DNA of 64,000 nucleotides from Candidatus Nomurabacteria bacterium (GTDB taxonomy: Bacteria > Patescibacteriota > Minisyncoccia > Phycocordibacterales > CAIJYI01). Numbering within the stretch: position 1 is the stretch's first letter; each line of letters begins with the position of its first letter. Positions 9,940-20,750 of the stretch are shown here, one piece after another. The position numbers and the translations under genes are program-made. Below the pieces are notes generated by a model, which did no database searches, was not told the DNA's origin, and saw only the letters and a list, made by a program, of their open reading frames with translations. Location of the stretch: assembly GCA_943356445.1 (NCBI GenBank), contig CALREZ010000001.1, forward strand, positions 15,818 to 79,817. The letters run 5' to 3'.

Positions 9940-11808
9940 ATGTGCGGTATAACCGGATTCATTGGACAAGGAACAAAAGGCGACCTTCTTAAGATGGTCG
10001 GTTCTTTAACGCACCGCGGGCCGGATGATCAAGGGGTTTTTTTTGAAAATGGCGTAGCTTTTGGTCATACTCGTCTTTCCATTCTTGATCTTTCACCGCT
10101 TGGACATCAACCGATGTTTTCTCAAGACCGGAATACGGTTCTCGTTTTTAATGGAGAAATCTATAATTTTCAAGAACTCAAAACCGAGCTTTCTCTGGAC
10201 GGGCATCTTTTTCAAGGCGCTTCTGATACCGAAGTGATACTTGCTCTTTACGAGAAATATAGAGAGAAAAGCTTTGAAAAAATGCATGGGATGTTCGCCA
10301 TTGCTCTCTACGATAAAAAGAACGAACGCCTTATTCTGGCGCGTGACCGAATGGGGAAGAAACCGCTCTATTGGTTCTTTTTGAACGGGACGTTCGCTTT
10401 TGCTTCAGAGATAAAGAGTCTTCTCATACACCCGGCTTTCAAGAAAGATATAGACCTTTTTGCGCTCAATAAATATCTCTTGTATGAGCATGTTCCTACT
10501 CCTCAAACGATTTTTAAATATGCAAAAAAACTGGAGGCGGGACAGTATTTGGTGTACGAGAAAGGGCGGATACGAAAAGAAAAATACTGGAAGCCCGATT
10601 TTACGGAAAGCGATATTTCTTTTGAAGAGACGCTGGTTTCTTTGGATAAAGAAATTGATTCCTCGGTAAAAGAACGAATGATTTCGGATGTTCCCCTCGG
10701 GGTATTTTTGAGCGGAGGACTGGATAGTTCCGCTATCGCTTACTATGCGCAGAAAAATTCTGAACAGAAAATAAAAACATTTTCCATCGGATTTGACGAA
10801 AAAAGCTTTGATGAGTCGGGATACGCGAGGCAAGTCGCGGATTTTCTGGGAACGGAACATTATGAGAAAAAAGTGAGCGCGCAAGATCTTCTTGATGTTA
10901 TTCCGGAACTGGCGCAAATGACAGACGAGCCCCTCGCTGATGCTTCCATTATTCCGACCTATCTCTTATCTAAATTTGCAAAAGAACAGGTTACGGTTGC
11001 GCTCGGCGGCGATGGCGGTGATGAACTCTTTGCCGGTTATCCCACCTTTCAGGCGGATATTTTGCGGGGATATTTCCCAAAATTTTTAATTTCTCCGGCC
11101 GAGAAAATTCTTCGCCTGCTTCCCGTGTCTCATAAAAATCTCGGCCCCGTATTCCAGCTGCTTAAATTTCTTGAAGGAGCAAAAGAAAAAGATCCGCTTG
11201 TTCGCCACCAGAAGTGGCTGGGAGCTTTTACCGATGAGGAAAGACAAGAATTGTTTGCACCAGAAAAATGGAAATTTTTGGAAAAAGGAAAAGCCGACGC
11301 GTATGAAGATCTTAAAACTTACGAAGAGGAGGCTAGCGGTGCAAGCGAGGGGACGAAACTTTTGTATTCTTATGAACGCTCTTATTTGATGGATCACGTA
11401 ATGGTAAAAGCGGATCGCGCAAGCATGCGCGCGTCCCTTGAAACACGGGCGCCACTCCTTGATCACAAATTCGTTGAACTTGCGAACCGACTTCCTTTTT
11501 CTTTTAAACTTCGCGGATTCACGACGAAATATATTTTGAAGAAGCTGATGGAGAAAAAAATACCCAAGGATATTATTTATCGCAAAAAGAAGGGCTTTGG
11601 CATACCGGTAGCCGCCTGGCTTTCCGGCGAGCTCAGGGAATTCTGTGACAATACTCTTTCGCGAAGCGCTATCCAAAACGCCGGATTTTTTAACTATTCG
11701 TACGTGGAAAAACTTAAAAAGGAACATTTTCAAAAAAAGAGAAATTACGCCAAAAAACTTTGGACTTTGCTCGTCTTTCAATTGTGGTATAATGCGTGGG
11801 CTAAATAA
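9940..11808 (+). CDS. asnB: Asparagine synthase-like glutamine amidotransferase (probable glycan amidation)
   Basis: N-terminal MCGI, HRGPD, FNGEIYN, FLSGGLDSS, GDGGDELFAGY. Confidence 0.95.
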   Translation: MCGITGFIGQGTKGDLLKMVGSLTHRGPDDQGVFFENGVAFGHTRLSILDLSPLGHQPMFSQDRNTVLVFNGEIYNFQELKTELSLDGHLFQGASDTEVILALYEKYREKSFEKMHGMFAIALYDKKNERLILARDRMGKKPLYWFFLNGTFAFASEIKSLLIHPAFKKDIDLFALNKYLLYEHVPTPQTIFKYAKKLEAGQYLVYEKGRIRKEKYWKPDFTESDISFEETLVSLDKEIDSSVKERMISDVPLGVFLSGGLDSSAIAYYAQKNSEQKIKTFSIGFDEKSFDESGYARQVADFLGTEHYEKKVSAQDLLDVIPELAQMTDEPLADASIIPTYLLSKFAKEQVTVALGGDGGDELFAGYPTFQADILRGYFPKFLISPAEKILRLLPVSHKNLGPVFQLLKFLEGAKEKDPLVRHQKWLGAFTDEERQELFAPEKWKFLEKGKADAYEDLKTYEEEASGASEGTKLLYSYERSYLMDHVMVKADRASMRASLETRAPLLDHKFVELANRLPFSFKLRGFTTKYILKKLMEKKIPKDIIYRKKKGFGIPVAAWLSGELREFCDNTLSRSAIQNAGFFNYSYVEKLKKEHFQKKRNYAKKLWTLLVFQLWYNAWAK

Positions 11809-11810
11809 TC

Positions 11811-12548
11811 ATGAAAAGAGAACACTACGATATGATGCGTCAAACGGAGGATTTCCACTGGTGGTATCGTGTTCGTCGCGCTCTTATATGTCGTCTGGTG
11901 GCCTCCTATGCCTCTAAAAGGGGTTTTGAAGCGCCTCTTCGCATTCTGGATATCGGTTGCGGGACAGGAGGGCTTTTTCACGAATTGCAGGCCTTTGGCG
12001 AGGTAAAAGGCGTTGATTTTTCAGAGCGTGCCGTGGCATATTGCCGAGGACGCGGCCTTGCCGGGATTGCCGTTGCTGATGCGACAGCTCTTCCTTTTAA
12101 AGACGAGTCGTTTGACTTGGTTATTGCTATGGATATTTTGGAACACCTGAAAAATGATGCAAAAGGTTGTTCTGAAATAGAAAGAGTTTTGGTTCCCGGA
12201 GGAACGGCTATCATTACCGTTCCCGCTTTTATGTTTCTGTGGAGCGTTACGGATGTTCTTTCCGAACACTATCGCCGATATACGAAAAAAGGAATAGAAG
12301 GAGTTTTGAAAAAAACAGGAATGACCGTCCGGTATTCCACCTACTTCAATACTTTTTTGTTCCCATTTATTGCCGGAGTGCGTTTGTTTGTTAAATTTTT
12401 TCGAATCCCCATGCGTTCCGAAAACAACGTCGGCGGAAAACTTTCCAACCGAATTTTCCACGGGATATTTCATCTGGAGTCGCTTTTGATCCCCCACCTG
12501 TCATTTCCGTTCGGGGTTTCCATTTTAACTATCGTTGAGAAAAAATAA
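11811..12548 (+). CDS. Class I SAM-dependent methyltransferase
   Basis: HWWY, ILDIGCGTG, LPFKDESFD, LEH, HYRRY. Confidence 0.9.
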   Translation: MKREHYDMMRQTEDFHWWYRVRRALICRLVASYASKRGFEAPLRILDIGCGTGGLFHELQAFGEVKGVDFSERAVAYCRGRGLAGIAVADATALPFKDESFDLVIAMDILEHLKNDAKGCSEIERVLVPGGTAIITVPAFMFLWSVTDVLSEHYRRYTKKGIEGVLKKTGMTVRYSTYFNTFLFPFIAGVRLFVKFFRIPMRSENNVGGKLSNRIFHGIFHLESLLIPHLSFPFGVSILTIVEKK

Positions 12549-13694
12549 TCAAGAGAGGCAAGAATAATATACCGCACGAGTTTTTTCTGCGGTTTTTTCC
12601 CACGAGTATTCTTCTGCTTTTTTATTTCCGAGCTGTATAAGTTGCGATCGGTAATTTCGGTCTCCGCAGACTTTTTTAAGCGCCATGGTAAGGGAAACTG
12701 GATCTGTTGACTCAAAGTATACTGCCGCGTTTCCCGCTATCTCGGGAAAACAGCTCGCATTGCTTAGTACTGCCGGACAACCGGAGGAGAGCGCTTCCAG
12801 TATAGGGATGCCGAAGCCTTCATACAGAGAGGGAAAAACAAAACACTCGGCGTGTCTGTAGAGATACGAAAGTTCGCTGTCATCCGCTTCTTGTCGTATG
12901 ACTTTATGTTCAATGCCGTGTTCTTGGATAAGTGACTTTTCTTCTCTGGTAAAAGTCCCTCCTCCTGCACAAAGGAGGTATAGATCTTTTTCTGAAAGAA
13001 GAGGTGCTGCCCCACGAATCATCACCGAGAAATTTTTGTAACGTACTCGGCTGCCGACGTAGAGAATATATCGCTTGGGAATTTTTGTTTTCTTCGGTTC
13101 AACTTCCCCGAAATTGGAGGCAAGGTGTACAACGTCAATTTTATCGGGAGCAATCCCAAGAATTTTAACGAGATCGTTTTTTGTATTCTCTGAAATGGCG
13201 ATAATTCTCATTGCTTTTTCCGTGAGGAGTTTTTTTTGTGGAGCCGTGATATTTTTTCCGATAAAATATTCGGGATATAACTCATGAATCATATCGTAGA
13301 CAGTAATGACGAATGGTTTTTCTTTAAGATAGGGAAGAAAGTATGGGTCGTAATGCGTAGGATGAAAAACATCAAAATCAGATGTTTCCAAAGCCCTTAT
13401 TGAAGTGCGTTTATTCGCGCGTTCTTTGAGGATGGCATACCATCTTTTTGCGGTAGCCGAATTTCTCAACATGACGCGAATGCGGGAGGGAAAACTTTTT
13501 TTATCCGCAAACATTCTGGTTGCTTTCGCGACTTTCGGATTTGATTTTATGTAGTCATTATTGGCATGTCTTAGGGCTATATCGTACGAATAGTCGGGAA
13601 TTCCCTCCGAATGGCGGGTAATCTCGGAAAAGATGTGCGAAGCCCCTCCAAACCGCTGGTGGCTCCAAATTTGGTGGTCGTAGAGTACTTTCAT
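12549..13694 (-). CDS. GT4-family glycosyltransferase (WbaZ/MtfB-like)
   Basis: YVGSRVRYKN, FPSLYEGFGIPILEA. Confidence 0.92.
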   Translation of the reverse strand: MKVLYDHQIWSHQRFGGASHIFSEITRHSEGIPDYSYDIALRHANNDYIKSNPKVAKATRMFADKKSFPSRIRVMLRNSATAKRWYAILKERANKRTSIRALETSDFDVFHPTHYDPYFLPYLKEKPFVITVYDMIHELYPEYFIGKNITAPQKKLLTEKAMRIIAISENTKNDLVKILGIAPDKIDVVHLASNFGEVEPKKTKIPKRYILYVGSRVRYKNFSVMIRGAAPLLSEKDLYLLCAGGGTFTREEKSLIQEHGIEHKVIRQEADDSELSYLYRHAECFVFPSLYEGFGIPILEALSSGCPAVLSNASCFPEIAGNAAVYFESTDPVSLTMALKKVCGDRNYRSQLIQLGNKKAEEYSWEKTAEKTRAVYYSCLS

Positions 13695-14593
13695 CTGAAT
13701 ATTTTTTTTAACTTATTGATTATCCGTATCAAAATACATGGGTACATTTCTTTTTCCTCTATTCTTTCCGATTCTTTGGAAATTTCAATCGTTTTTGGGT
13801 GAATAATCTTGTTAAGAGAGTATGTTTTTCGTTCAGAATAAGGACTATTCTTCGTCGTGTGGGTAGCATCATTTCCGAATCCTATATTGCAAATTAAATT
13901 AACGGTCGGTGCTATGCTTAAACCGCCATTTTTAAATATAGTATAAACCCATCGCGCATCCCATGAATCCACTCGTTTTGAATACAGACGATCAAAAACA
14001 TCTAACCAGTGTTTCTGCATTTTAGGATTTTTAAAAATCCGCGCAATCTTTTTTTGTTTTTTGAACTCCGGATAACTTTCCATATCCGTTTCATAACGTT
14101 TCCACGCCCTCCTCCATGTGGCCCAGCCCCAAGTATGGCAGTGTCTTGTAAAGTAATAACTGGACTTTGTTTTTATTTTTTTATGCAATAACATATCGTT
14201 CCCCGATATCATCATTACCTCCTTTTTATTTTTGTATCGGTCAAGCAACTCATCGCAATAAGGAAAGAAAGACGGGTTAGGAAGGCAGTCATCTTCTAAA
14301 ATTATTCCTCTTTCAACATGGTCAAAAAACCAAGAGATTGATTGGTGGACACCTCGGCCGGTACCTTTATCTAAATTTTTCTCCGCATATTTTCGGTGAA
14401 CTTTGCATGGCCAGTCAATATTTTCTGTCACGGCTCGGGTTCGTCGGCATAGTTCGTTTTCTCCTGCGCGGTCTTCTCTCGGGCCATCCGCTGCGATAAA
14501 GAGCTCAGATGGCCGAGCTCTTTTAATCTCCTCAAAAACTCTTGTGGATACCTCTGGTCGGTTGAATATCAGAAACAGTATTGGGGTTTTCAT
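13691..14593 (-). CDS. Nucleotide-diphospho-sugar transferase (GT-A fold)
   Basis: PILFLIFNRP, ADGPR, IILEDDC, WGWATWRRAW, NIGFG; ATG at 14593. Confidence 0.85.
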   Translation of the reverse strand: MKTPILFLIFNRPEVSTRVFEEIKRARPSELFIAADGPREDRAGENELCRRTRAVTENIDWPCKVHRKYAEKNLDKGTGRGVHQSISWFFDHVERGIILEDDCLPNPSFFPYCDELLDRYKNKKEVMMISGNDMLLHKKIKTKSSYYFTRHCHTWGWATWRRAWKRYETDMESYPEFKKQKKIARIFKNPKMQKHWLDVFDRLYSKRVDSWDARWVYTIFKNGGLSIAPTVNLICNIGFGNDATHTTKNSPYSERKTYSLNKIIHPKTIEISKESERIEEKEMYPCILIRIINKLKKIFR

Positions 14594-14597
14594 AAAA

Positions 14598-15362
14598 TTA
14601 TTTAATAAGATCGGCAAATATATTTCCTTTTTCTGTTCTAATAGGATCTGGCCTGTATTCTTTGGGTATTTCTTTTGAGGTGCTTTTATTTCGGCTATTG
14701 AATAACACCTTGTTGTATCCTATCATTTGAGCAATTTCATCTAAAGAGTTTGGAGTAAATAAATTTCTGTGTCCATGGTTGTTCCATTCTCCGGCATAGA
14801 CACCTAAAACACCTTTTTTAAAATCGGAATACCTTTCCATGGAGGCCAAGAGGTTTGGTGTGTTGATACGATGGATTGAATTGGGTTTAAGAACTCTGAA
14901 AGTTTCGGCTAAAAATAAGATTTGTTCTTTTTGTTCCAAATGTTCTATAAAATCTTCATGGAAAATAACATCAACGGAATTGTCTGGGAAGGGTAATCCA
15001 GTTTTTGTAATGTCAATGGCAAAAAAATCGTTTTTGTCGCCACGAATAGCTTCTGGATAGTATTCATTTGTATAACTTTTTAGATGGGGTTCAGCAGGAA
15101 CAAAGTGCAAATCTATGTTTATCCATCCTTTTAAAACTCTCGGACCGCAACCATAATGTACCTTTATCCTGTTGTTTTTTATATAAGATTTAGCTAGCCG
15201 GGCATATTCCTTTTTTCTGAAGTTATTATTTTTTTTAATTTGATATCGTTCGAAAAAATTAACTTTTTGTTTAATTTTTCTCAAAGTGATTAAAAGAAAA
15301 GGGTATATTTTTTTGTAATCTGTGCTTGGATGTTTAAGGAGATGAATAATTTTTTTGAGCAT
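14598..15362 (-). CDS. SAM-dependent methyltransferase
   Basis: HYGCG, GWINID, LPFPDNSVD, EDFIEHL, RVLKP; start uncertain (15362 or 15398). Confidence 0.8.
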   Translation of the reverse strand: MLKKIIHLLKHPSTDYKKIYPFLLITLRKIKQKVNFFERYQIKKNNNFRKKEYARLAKSYIKNNRIKVHYGCGPRVLKGWINIDLHFVPAEPHLKSYTNEYYPEAIRGDKNDFFAIDITKTGLPFPDNSVDVIFHEDFIEHLEQKEQILFLAETFRVLKPNSIHRINTPNLLASMERYSDFKKGVLGVYAGEWNNHGHRNLFTPNSLDEIAQMIGYNKVLFNSRNKSTSKEIPKEYRPDPIRTEKGNIFADLIK

Positions 15363-15451
15363 AAGTCTTTTTCTGTTAGGGTGAATATATGGTATCATGG
15401 TAAGAAAAGCGGTGCAATTAGACGCTTTTGACGGTTTGTCAAAACTATTTT

Positions 15452-16570
15452 ATGAAATTTGTTTATCTTACTTCAAAAATTTTCCCCGCTTCCACTGCCG
15501 ATCATTTTTTTGTGCTTCAGATGGCGCGAGCTTTTACTTCTCTTTTGCGCGAGGATTTTTTGTTGGTTGTCGGGGCTGAACATAATGATGAACTTCTCGG
15601 TATTCCGCATTATTCTTTCAATCTGAAAATGAGAAGAGGGAAGCGAATTTTCATTTTTTTCAAATTTTTATTCGTTGTTTTTACGAGAAAACTTTTTACT
15701 AAGGATACGGTGTTTTTCACTAACGATCGTTCCTTGTTGCGAATACTTTTTTTCTGGAAAAGTATTTTACATTTCAAATATCGCGTGGTCTCGGATTGGC
15801 ATATGCTCCGCGATGACGAAGAAGAGGCGGATATTATTAAAAATAGCGACGGGCTGGTAACAACAACGAAACACCTGAAAGACCTCGTAGTAAGCCGTTT
15901 TGAGGTTCCAGAAGCCAAAATACTTACCGCTTATGGCGGTGTGGATATTGATATGTTTTCAAAAGTAACGGAATCGCCGGAAACGTTGCGAAAACGTTTG
16001 GGTTTGCCGATTTCCGATTTTTTGGTCGGGTATGTCGGATACTACAAAACCATGGGAATGTCAAAGGGCTTGGATACTATGATGGAAGCTTTATCTCTTA
16101 TTTCTGATAAGACGGTAAAGATGGTCTTTGTCGGAGGAGGAAAAGAAGACATTGAAGAGTATTCAAACTTTGCCAAAGAAAAAGGCGTGTTTGATCGAAC
16201 GATATTTATTCCGGTCGTTTCGCCAGAAGCATTGGCTTTTTATGAAAAGGCGGTTGATGCTCTTGTTATTCCATATCCGGATAAACCGCATTTTCGCGAA
16301 TATGGTTTTCCGATGAAAACCTATGAATATCTTGCGGCAAAGAAACCGGTTATTTATTCCGATCTTACGATTATCAGAGAAGTTCTTTCGGATTGCGCCA
16401 TCTCTTTTAACCCGGGAGATTCAAAAGACTTGTCTGAAAAAATACTTGAAATAAAAAACGATCCGGCGAAAACAAAAGAGATGATTTTGCGAGCTTATAA
16501 AAAAGCCGAAGACTCTTCTTGGAAAGCGCGCGCTCAAAAAATCATCACTTTTTCAAAAGACATTTTATAA
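15452..16570 (+). CDS. GT4-family glycosyltransferase
   Basis: YVG...KG, FPMKTYEYLAAKKPVI; divergently oriented singleton. Confidence 0.85.
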   Translation: MKFVYLTSKIFPASTADHFFVLQMARAFTSLLREDFLLVVGAEHNDELLGIPHYSFNLKMRRGKRIFIFFKFLFVVFTRKLFTKDTVFFTNDRSLLRILFFWKSILHFKYRVVSDWHMLRDDEEEADIIKNSDGLVTTTKHLKDLVVSRFEVPEAKILTAYGGVDIDMFSKVTESPETLRKRLGLPISDFLVGYVGYYKTMGMSKGLDTMMEALSLISDKTVKMVFVGGGKEDIEEYSNFAKEKGVFDRTIFIPVVSPEALAFYEKAVDALVIPYPDKPHFREYGFPMKTYEYLAAKKPVIYSDLTIIREVLSDCAISFNPGDSKDLSEKILEIKNDPAKTKEMILRAYKKAEDSSWKARAQKIITFSKDIL

Positions 16571-17561
16571 ATATCTTTGAAGTGTCCATATATTTTTTCA
16601 CTCCGCCGATTCTGAAAAGAGGGGAGGAAAAAAATAGGACAAAAACGGGAACTCCCCCTGAAGCGTTCATTCCGCAAAGGGTTCGCCATCTTTCATAAAT
16701 GACTTTATCAAGAGCATCCGTTTTGTATATTTTGGTTTTTCTATTGGCTTCTAAAATTTTTGTCAGCCATTTTTCTTCTCTTTTCAGAAAAAGAATTGCC
16801 GGTTCGTTTTGCGCGGGTTTGAGAGAATTATGCAGGCGTTTTTCTTTGTCGGTTTGTTCAATGTCTAATTTTTTGAGCATTTTACTCCGAACGAGATAGG
16901 CGATATCCCATGTTTCTTGTTTGTGGGCTTGAAAAGCGCTGTCTGGGTGGATGCGATATCGCAAGAGGACTTTGGGGATGTTTGTTATGGGAAAATGTTC
17001 CAAACAACGAGACCAGAGTTCGTAGTCTTCACAGTACCGGATATCGGTATCGTAATTTAGATGGAATTTTTCGAAAAAGCTTTTTCGGAACATAACCGTC
17101 GGATGGGCAATGGAGGTGTAAAAAAGCATGTTGGCGCGAAGGTTATCGGGGTCGGTCGGTACTTTATCCACGACTGATTTTCCTGCGCCGAAAGTTCTGT
17201 ACCATGATCCGCATAATCCGATCTCGGGGTGCGCGTCCAAGAATTTTACCTGTTCTTCAAAACGATTGGGGAGACAAATATCATCCGCATCCATTCTTGC
17301 AATGTATTCTCCTTTTGAGAGATTCACTCCGTCAAAAAGATTTTTTTGCAGCCCTATATTTTTTTCGCGATCAATAAGACGAATTCTTTTGTCGTCATAA
17401 TTTTTTATGATATCAAGGCTTCCGTCGGTGGAAGCGTCGTTCATAATAATGAACTCAAAATCTTTGAAGGTCTGACTCAAAACACTCTCTATCGTGTCAC
17501 GGAGATATTCTTCGCTGTTGTACGCCGACATAACGACGGATATTTTCGGGCTGTTGGTCAT
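16545..17561 (-). CDS. GT2-family glycosyltransferase
   Basis: ISVVMSAYN, NDASTD, ARMDADD, EDYELW; ATG at 17561. Confidence 0.92.
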   Translation of the reverse strand: MTNSPKISVVMSAYNSEEYLRDTIESVLSQTFKDFEFIIMNDASTDGSLDIIKNYDDKRIRLIDREKNIGLQKNLFDGVNLSKGEYIARMDADDICLPNRFEEQVKFLDAHPEIGLCGSWYRTFGAGKSVVDKVPTDPDNLRANMLFYTSIAHPTVMFRKSFFEKFHLNYDTDIRYCEDYELWSRCLEHFPITNIPKVLLRYRIHPDSAFQAHKQETWDIAYLVRSKMLKKLDIEQTDKEKRLHNSLKPAQNEPAILFLKREEKWLTKILEANRKTKIYKTDALDKVIYERWRTLCGMNASGGVPVFVLFFSSPLFRIGGVKKYMDTSKIFIKCLLKK

Positions 17562-18052
17562 AATGAGAGAGTATCCAGTATTTTCATCGCGATGTCCAGA
17601 CGGTCGGATGGAATGAAAAGGGAACACTTAAGACCCGCTTTCATTCCCATTTCAGTGTCTTTTTGCGAATCGCTTATTAAAATGGAACTTTCCATGTTAA
17701 CGGAGTATTTTTCTCGGGCTTGATTGATAAGCCCCGGTTTCGGCTTTCTGCATTCGCAGGAATTTTCTTCATGCGGACAGAAGAGTATTTCCAGAATATC
17801 AATGCCTTTTTGTTTAAGCGTATCCTCCATATATTTGTGAATAATGTTCAGATCTTTTTCCGTCATTATTTTTCTGGCAATACCTCTTTGGTTGGTGATA
17901 ATGATTATTTCAAAACCAAGATTTTGGAGTCGGCGCATCAGATCAAAAATTCCATCATTCCAAATAAAATTTTCAACACTCGTAATATATTGGTGTTCTT
18001 CCGCTTTTTTATTAATGACCCCGTCTCGGTCAAAAAAGGCGATTTTTTTCAT
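17558..18052 (-). CDS. gmhB: D,D-heptose 1,7-bisphosphate phosphatase
   Basis: FFDRDGVIN, TNQ, CPH...CECRKPKPG. Confidence 0.9.
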   Translation of the reverse strand: MKKIAFFDRDGVINKKAEEHQYITSVENFIWNDGIFDLMRRLQNLGFEIIIITNQRGIARKIMTEKDLNIIHKYMEDTLKQKGIDILEILFCPHEENSCECRKPKPGLINQAREKYSVNMESSILISDSQKDTEMGMKAGLKCSLFIPSDRLDIAMKILDTLSL

Positions 18053-19041
18053 TATTCGTGATGTTTGTGGATGAAGAGTACTCGGCTTCCCTCGGGTTCA
18101 AAATTAATCGGCATTTCTTTGTATTTTTTGAGCGCCGATTTTATTTTTTCGTGATTGCTTTTTGGGGCATACACCATAAGGAAACCGCCGCCGCCCGCTC
18201 CCAGAATCTTTCCTCCTTCGGCGCCATTTTTTATCGCGATGCCGTACATGGAATCAATTTCTCCGTTAGAAATTCCTCCGTTCAAAGATTTTTTCAAAAG
18301 CCATGCCTCATTCAGCATTTCCCCAATCTCTCCCGTTTTATTATTTTCTATCGCCCTTTTTAACTCGTGCGCCATCTGCGCCATTTTTTCAGTATTTTGG
18401 AATTTTTGTTTGTCGCTTAATCCCTCAATTTGATTTTTGAGAAGGCTTCCTGTCTGACGAGTGATTCCCGTATAAAAAAGCAGTAAAGAATCTTCCATTT
18501 TCTTTAACGTTTTTGAAGAACAAATAACGGGGCTGACGGAAACGTGTCCATTGGGGGCGTATTCTATGAATTTCATTCCCCCATAGCTTGCGATGTATTG
18601 ATCTTGCTTGCCGATAGGTTCCTTCAACTTTCCGATTTCTATTTGGCATGCCTCATCTGCTAGCTGTTCTTCTGATACGGTTTTTCCTTGGTAGGCGTAA
18701 AGCGCTTTTAAAAGGCCTACGGTGAAGCTGCTGCTGGAACCGAGGCCTGTACCCTTAGACGGTATATCCGCAATAGTGACAATCTCAATTCCTTTGTTTA
18801 TTCCGACGTGCTTCATACAGGCTTTTGCTCTGGTATGCTCCAATTTTTGAAGAGAATCCACCATTTCGGTTTGAGAATAGCTGACGCGAATTTTTTCATC
18901 AAATTTTTTATTCAGACAGACATAGACATATTTTTCTATCGCTGTGGAAAGCGTCGCTCCGGGAGATCTTTTATAGAACTGAGGGATATCGCTTCCTCCG
19001 CCCATAAAACTTATTCGCAACGGTGTTTTTACGATAATCAT
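18052..19041 (-). CDS. hddA: D-glycero-alpha-D-manno-heptose 7-phosphate kinase (GHMP)
   Basis: PLRISFMGGGSD, GTGLGSSS, GKQDQY, GAGGGG. Confidence 0.9.
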   Translation of the reverse strand: MIIVKTPLRISFMGGGSDIPQFYKRSPGATLSTAIEKYVYVCLNKKFDEKIRVSYSQTEMVDSLQKLEHTRAKACMKHVGINKGIEIVTIADIPSKGTGLGSSSSFTVGLLKALYAYQGKTVSEEQLADEACQIEIGKLKEPIGKQDQYIASYGGMKFIEYAPNGHVSVSPVICSSKTLKKMEDSLLLFYTGITRQTGSLLKNQIEGLSDKQKFQNTEKMAQMAHELKRAIENNKTGEIGEMLNEAWLLKKSLNGGISNGEIDSMYGIAIKNGAEGGKILGAGGGGFLMVYAPKSNHEKIKSALKKYKEMPINFEPEGSRVLFIHKHHE

Positions 19042-19049
19042 GTGTGTTT

Positions 19050-19769
19050 TTAGAAAATGAGATTCTTTATTTCGTTCTGCGACTGTTTGTATGTTTCCGG
19101 CGTGCCCACATCAAGTAGAAATTCCGACATGAGGTATACGCGCATATCCTCGTTTCGTGAGAGGAGAAAAGGGAAGACATCGTGCCCGAAATCCAAGAGG
19201 TCTGTATTCATATTTGCCAAATACTGAAAAATGCTCTTATTCAAGACGTATATTCCCGCGTTCGCTTGATGGCTTATTATATCTTTTTCCGCGGGTTTTT
19301 CAATAAATTTTTTTATTTTTTTCTTTTCGTCAAAAACAATAATACCCTTTGAGGAAGGATTTTTTTCGTAATATGAGGCAATCGTGGCGATGCCCGCATG
19401 CGCTTTCAAAAGTTGAGAATAATTTATATTCGTGAGATTGTCGCCGTAGACGACAAAAAAGTCATCTTCGTTTTGGAAAAAATCGCGGTTATGAAGAAGC
19501 GTCCCGGCGCTTCCGAGAAGCGATGGCTCGTAGGCGAGCTTTATTTTTATTTCCGGATTCTTTTTTGCATATTCTTCAATAAACTCTGAAATTTTATCCG
19601 CGAGATAGTGAGTGTTGATAAGAACTTCATTTACTCCATGTTTTTGCAGAGAATTGAGATGGTAGGCAAGCAAAGGCTGTCCCGAAATGGGAACCAGTAC
19701 TTTTGGTATTTTGTCGGTGAGCGGGCGAAGCCGCGTACCGAATCCAGCTCCGAGAATCAACGCTTTCAT
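19050..19769 (-). CDS. hddC: Sugar-1-phosphate nucleotidyltransferase (HddC-like guanylyltransferase)
   Basis: GAGFGTRLRPLT, PK, GSAG, YGDN, EKP, DVGTPE; context with gmhA/hddA/gmhB. Confidence 0.75.
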   Translation of the reverse strand: MKALILGAGFGTRLRPLTDKIPKVLVPISGQPLLAYHLNSLQKHGVNEVLINTHYLADKISEFIEEYAKKNPEIKIKLAYEPSLLGSAGTLLHNRDFFQNEDDFFVVYGDNLTNINYSQLLKAHAGIATIASYYEKNPSSKGIIVFDEKKKIKKFIEKPAEKDIISHQANAGIYVLNKSIFQYLANMNTDLLDFGHDVFPFLLSRNEDMRVYLMSEFLLDVGTPETYKQSQNEIKNLIF

Positions 19770-20746
19770 TTTTTTATTTTTTTAAAATCGTACGCCGTTT
19801 TTATTATTTCGGAAATATCCGTATATTCGGGTTTCCATCCTAAAAATTTCTGAGCTTTGGTTGCGTCCGCGATAAGTTTTGATGGATCGCCGGGGCGGCG
19901 GCCCTTGAGCTGATAGGGAAGTTTTTTCCCCGAAATTTTTTCTGCCGCAGAGATTAATTCCAACACGGAAAATCCTTTGTTGATTCCGAGGTTAAATTGT
20001 TCGCAGGTGGGCTTTCCGGAAAGAAGCATCTCTCCCGCCAAAAGATGAGCGGAAGCGAGATCGTTTACGTGGATATAGTCGCGGATTCCCGTTCCGTCTT
20101 TGGTTTGAAAATCATTTCCGCACACATAAAACATGTCTCTTTTTCCGAGTATCGTTTCAATAATGGAGGGTATCACGTGGCTTTCAGGGGTATGATGTTC
20201 TCCTATTTTTTTTGATTCATCGCAGCCGGAAGCGCAGAAATATCGGAATGACACGGAATTGATTCCGTATGCTCGGTGATAATCTTTCAGTATTCCTTCA
20301 AAGATAAGTTTTGTTTTTCCGTAAGGATTCGTCGGGTTTTTGGGATGATCTTCTTTGATTATCTCCGACTCCGGTTCCCCATATACGGAGGCCGAAGAAG
20401 AAAAAACGATATTTTTTACCCCAGTTTCTTTCATTGCGGAAAGCACGTTTAACCCTCCTTTTACGTTTGTGCGATAGTACTCTTCCGGTGTTTCCATTGA
20501 ATCGGGTACGCTCGCCAAGGCTGCGTAGTGAACCACCAGATCTATCTCGTGCTTTTTAAAAACCTTCAAAAGAGCTTTTCTGTCTCTGATATCTGTTTTT
20601 GAATAGGTAACGTTTTTGTGTGTAATAACATTTTTTTTTCCTTCGCGAAAATTATCCACGACGACTATTTTGTAGCGTGATTTCGCTTTGTTTACGAAAT
20701 GGCTTCCGATATATCCGGCGCCTCCGGTAGCAAGAATGGTTTTCAT
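19766..20746 (-). CDS. galE: UDP-glucose 4-epimerase
   Basis: TGGAGYIGSH, FSSSASVYG, YGKTK, RDYIHV. Confidence 0.9.
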   Translation of the reverse strand: MKTILATGGAGYIGSHFVNKAKSRYKIVVVDNFREGKKNVITHKNVTYSKTDIRDRKALLKVFKKHEIDLVVHYAALASVPDSMETPEEYYRTNVKGGLNVLSAMKETGVKNIVFSSSASVYGEPESEIIKEDHPKNPTNPYGKTKLIFEGILKDYHRAYGINSVSFRYFCASGCDESKKIGEHHTPESHVIPSIIETILGKRDMFYVCGNDFQTKDGTGIRDYIHVNDLASAHLLAGEMLLSGKPTCEQFNLGINKGFSVLELISAAEKISGKKLPYQLKGRRPGDPSKLIADATKAQKFLGWKPEYTDISEIIKTAYDFKKIKK

Positions 20747-20750
20747 AGGT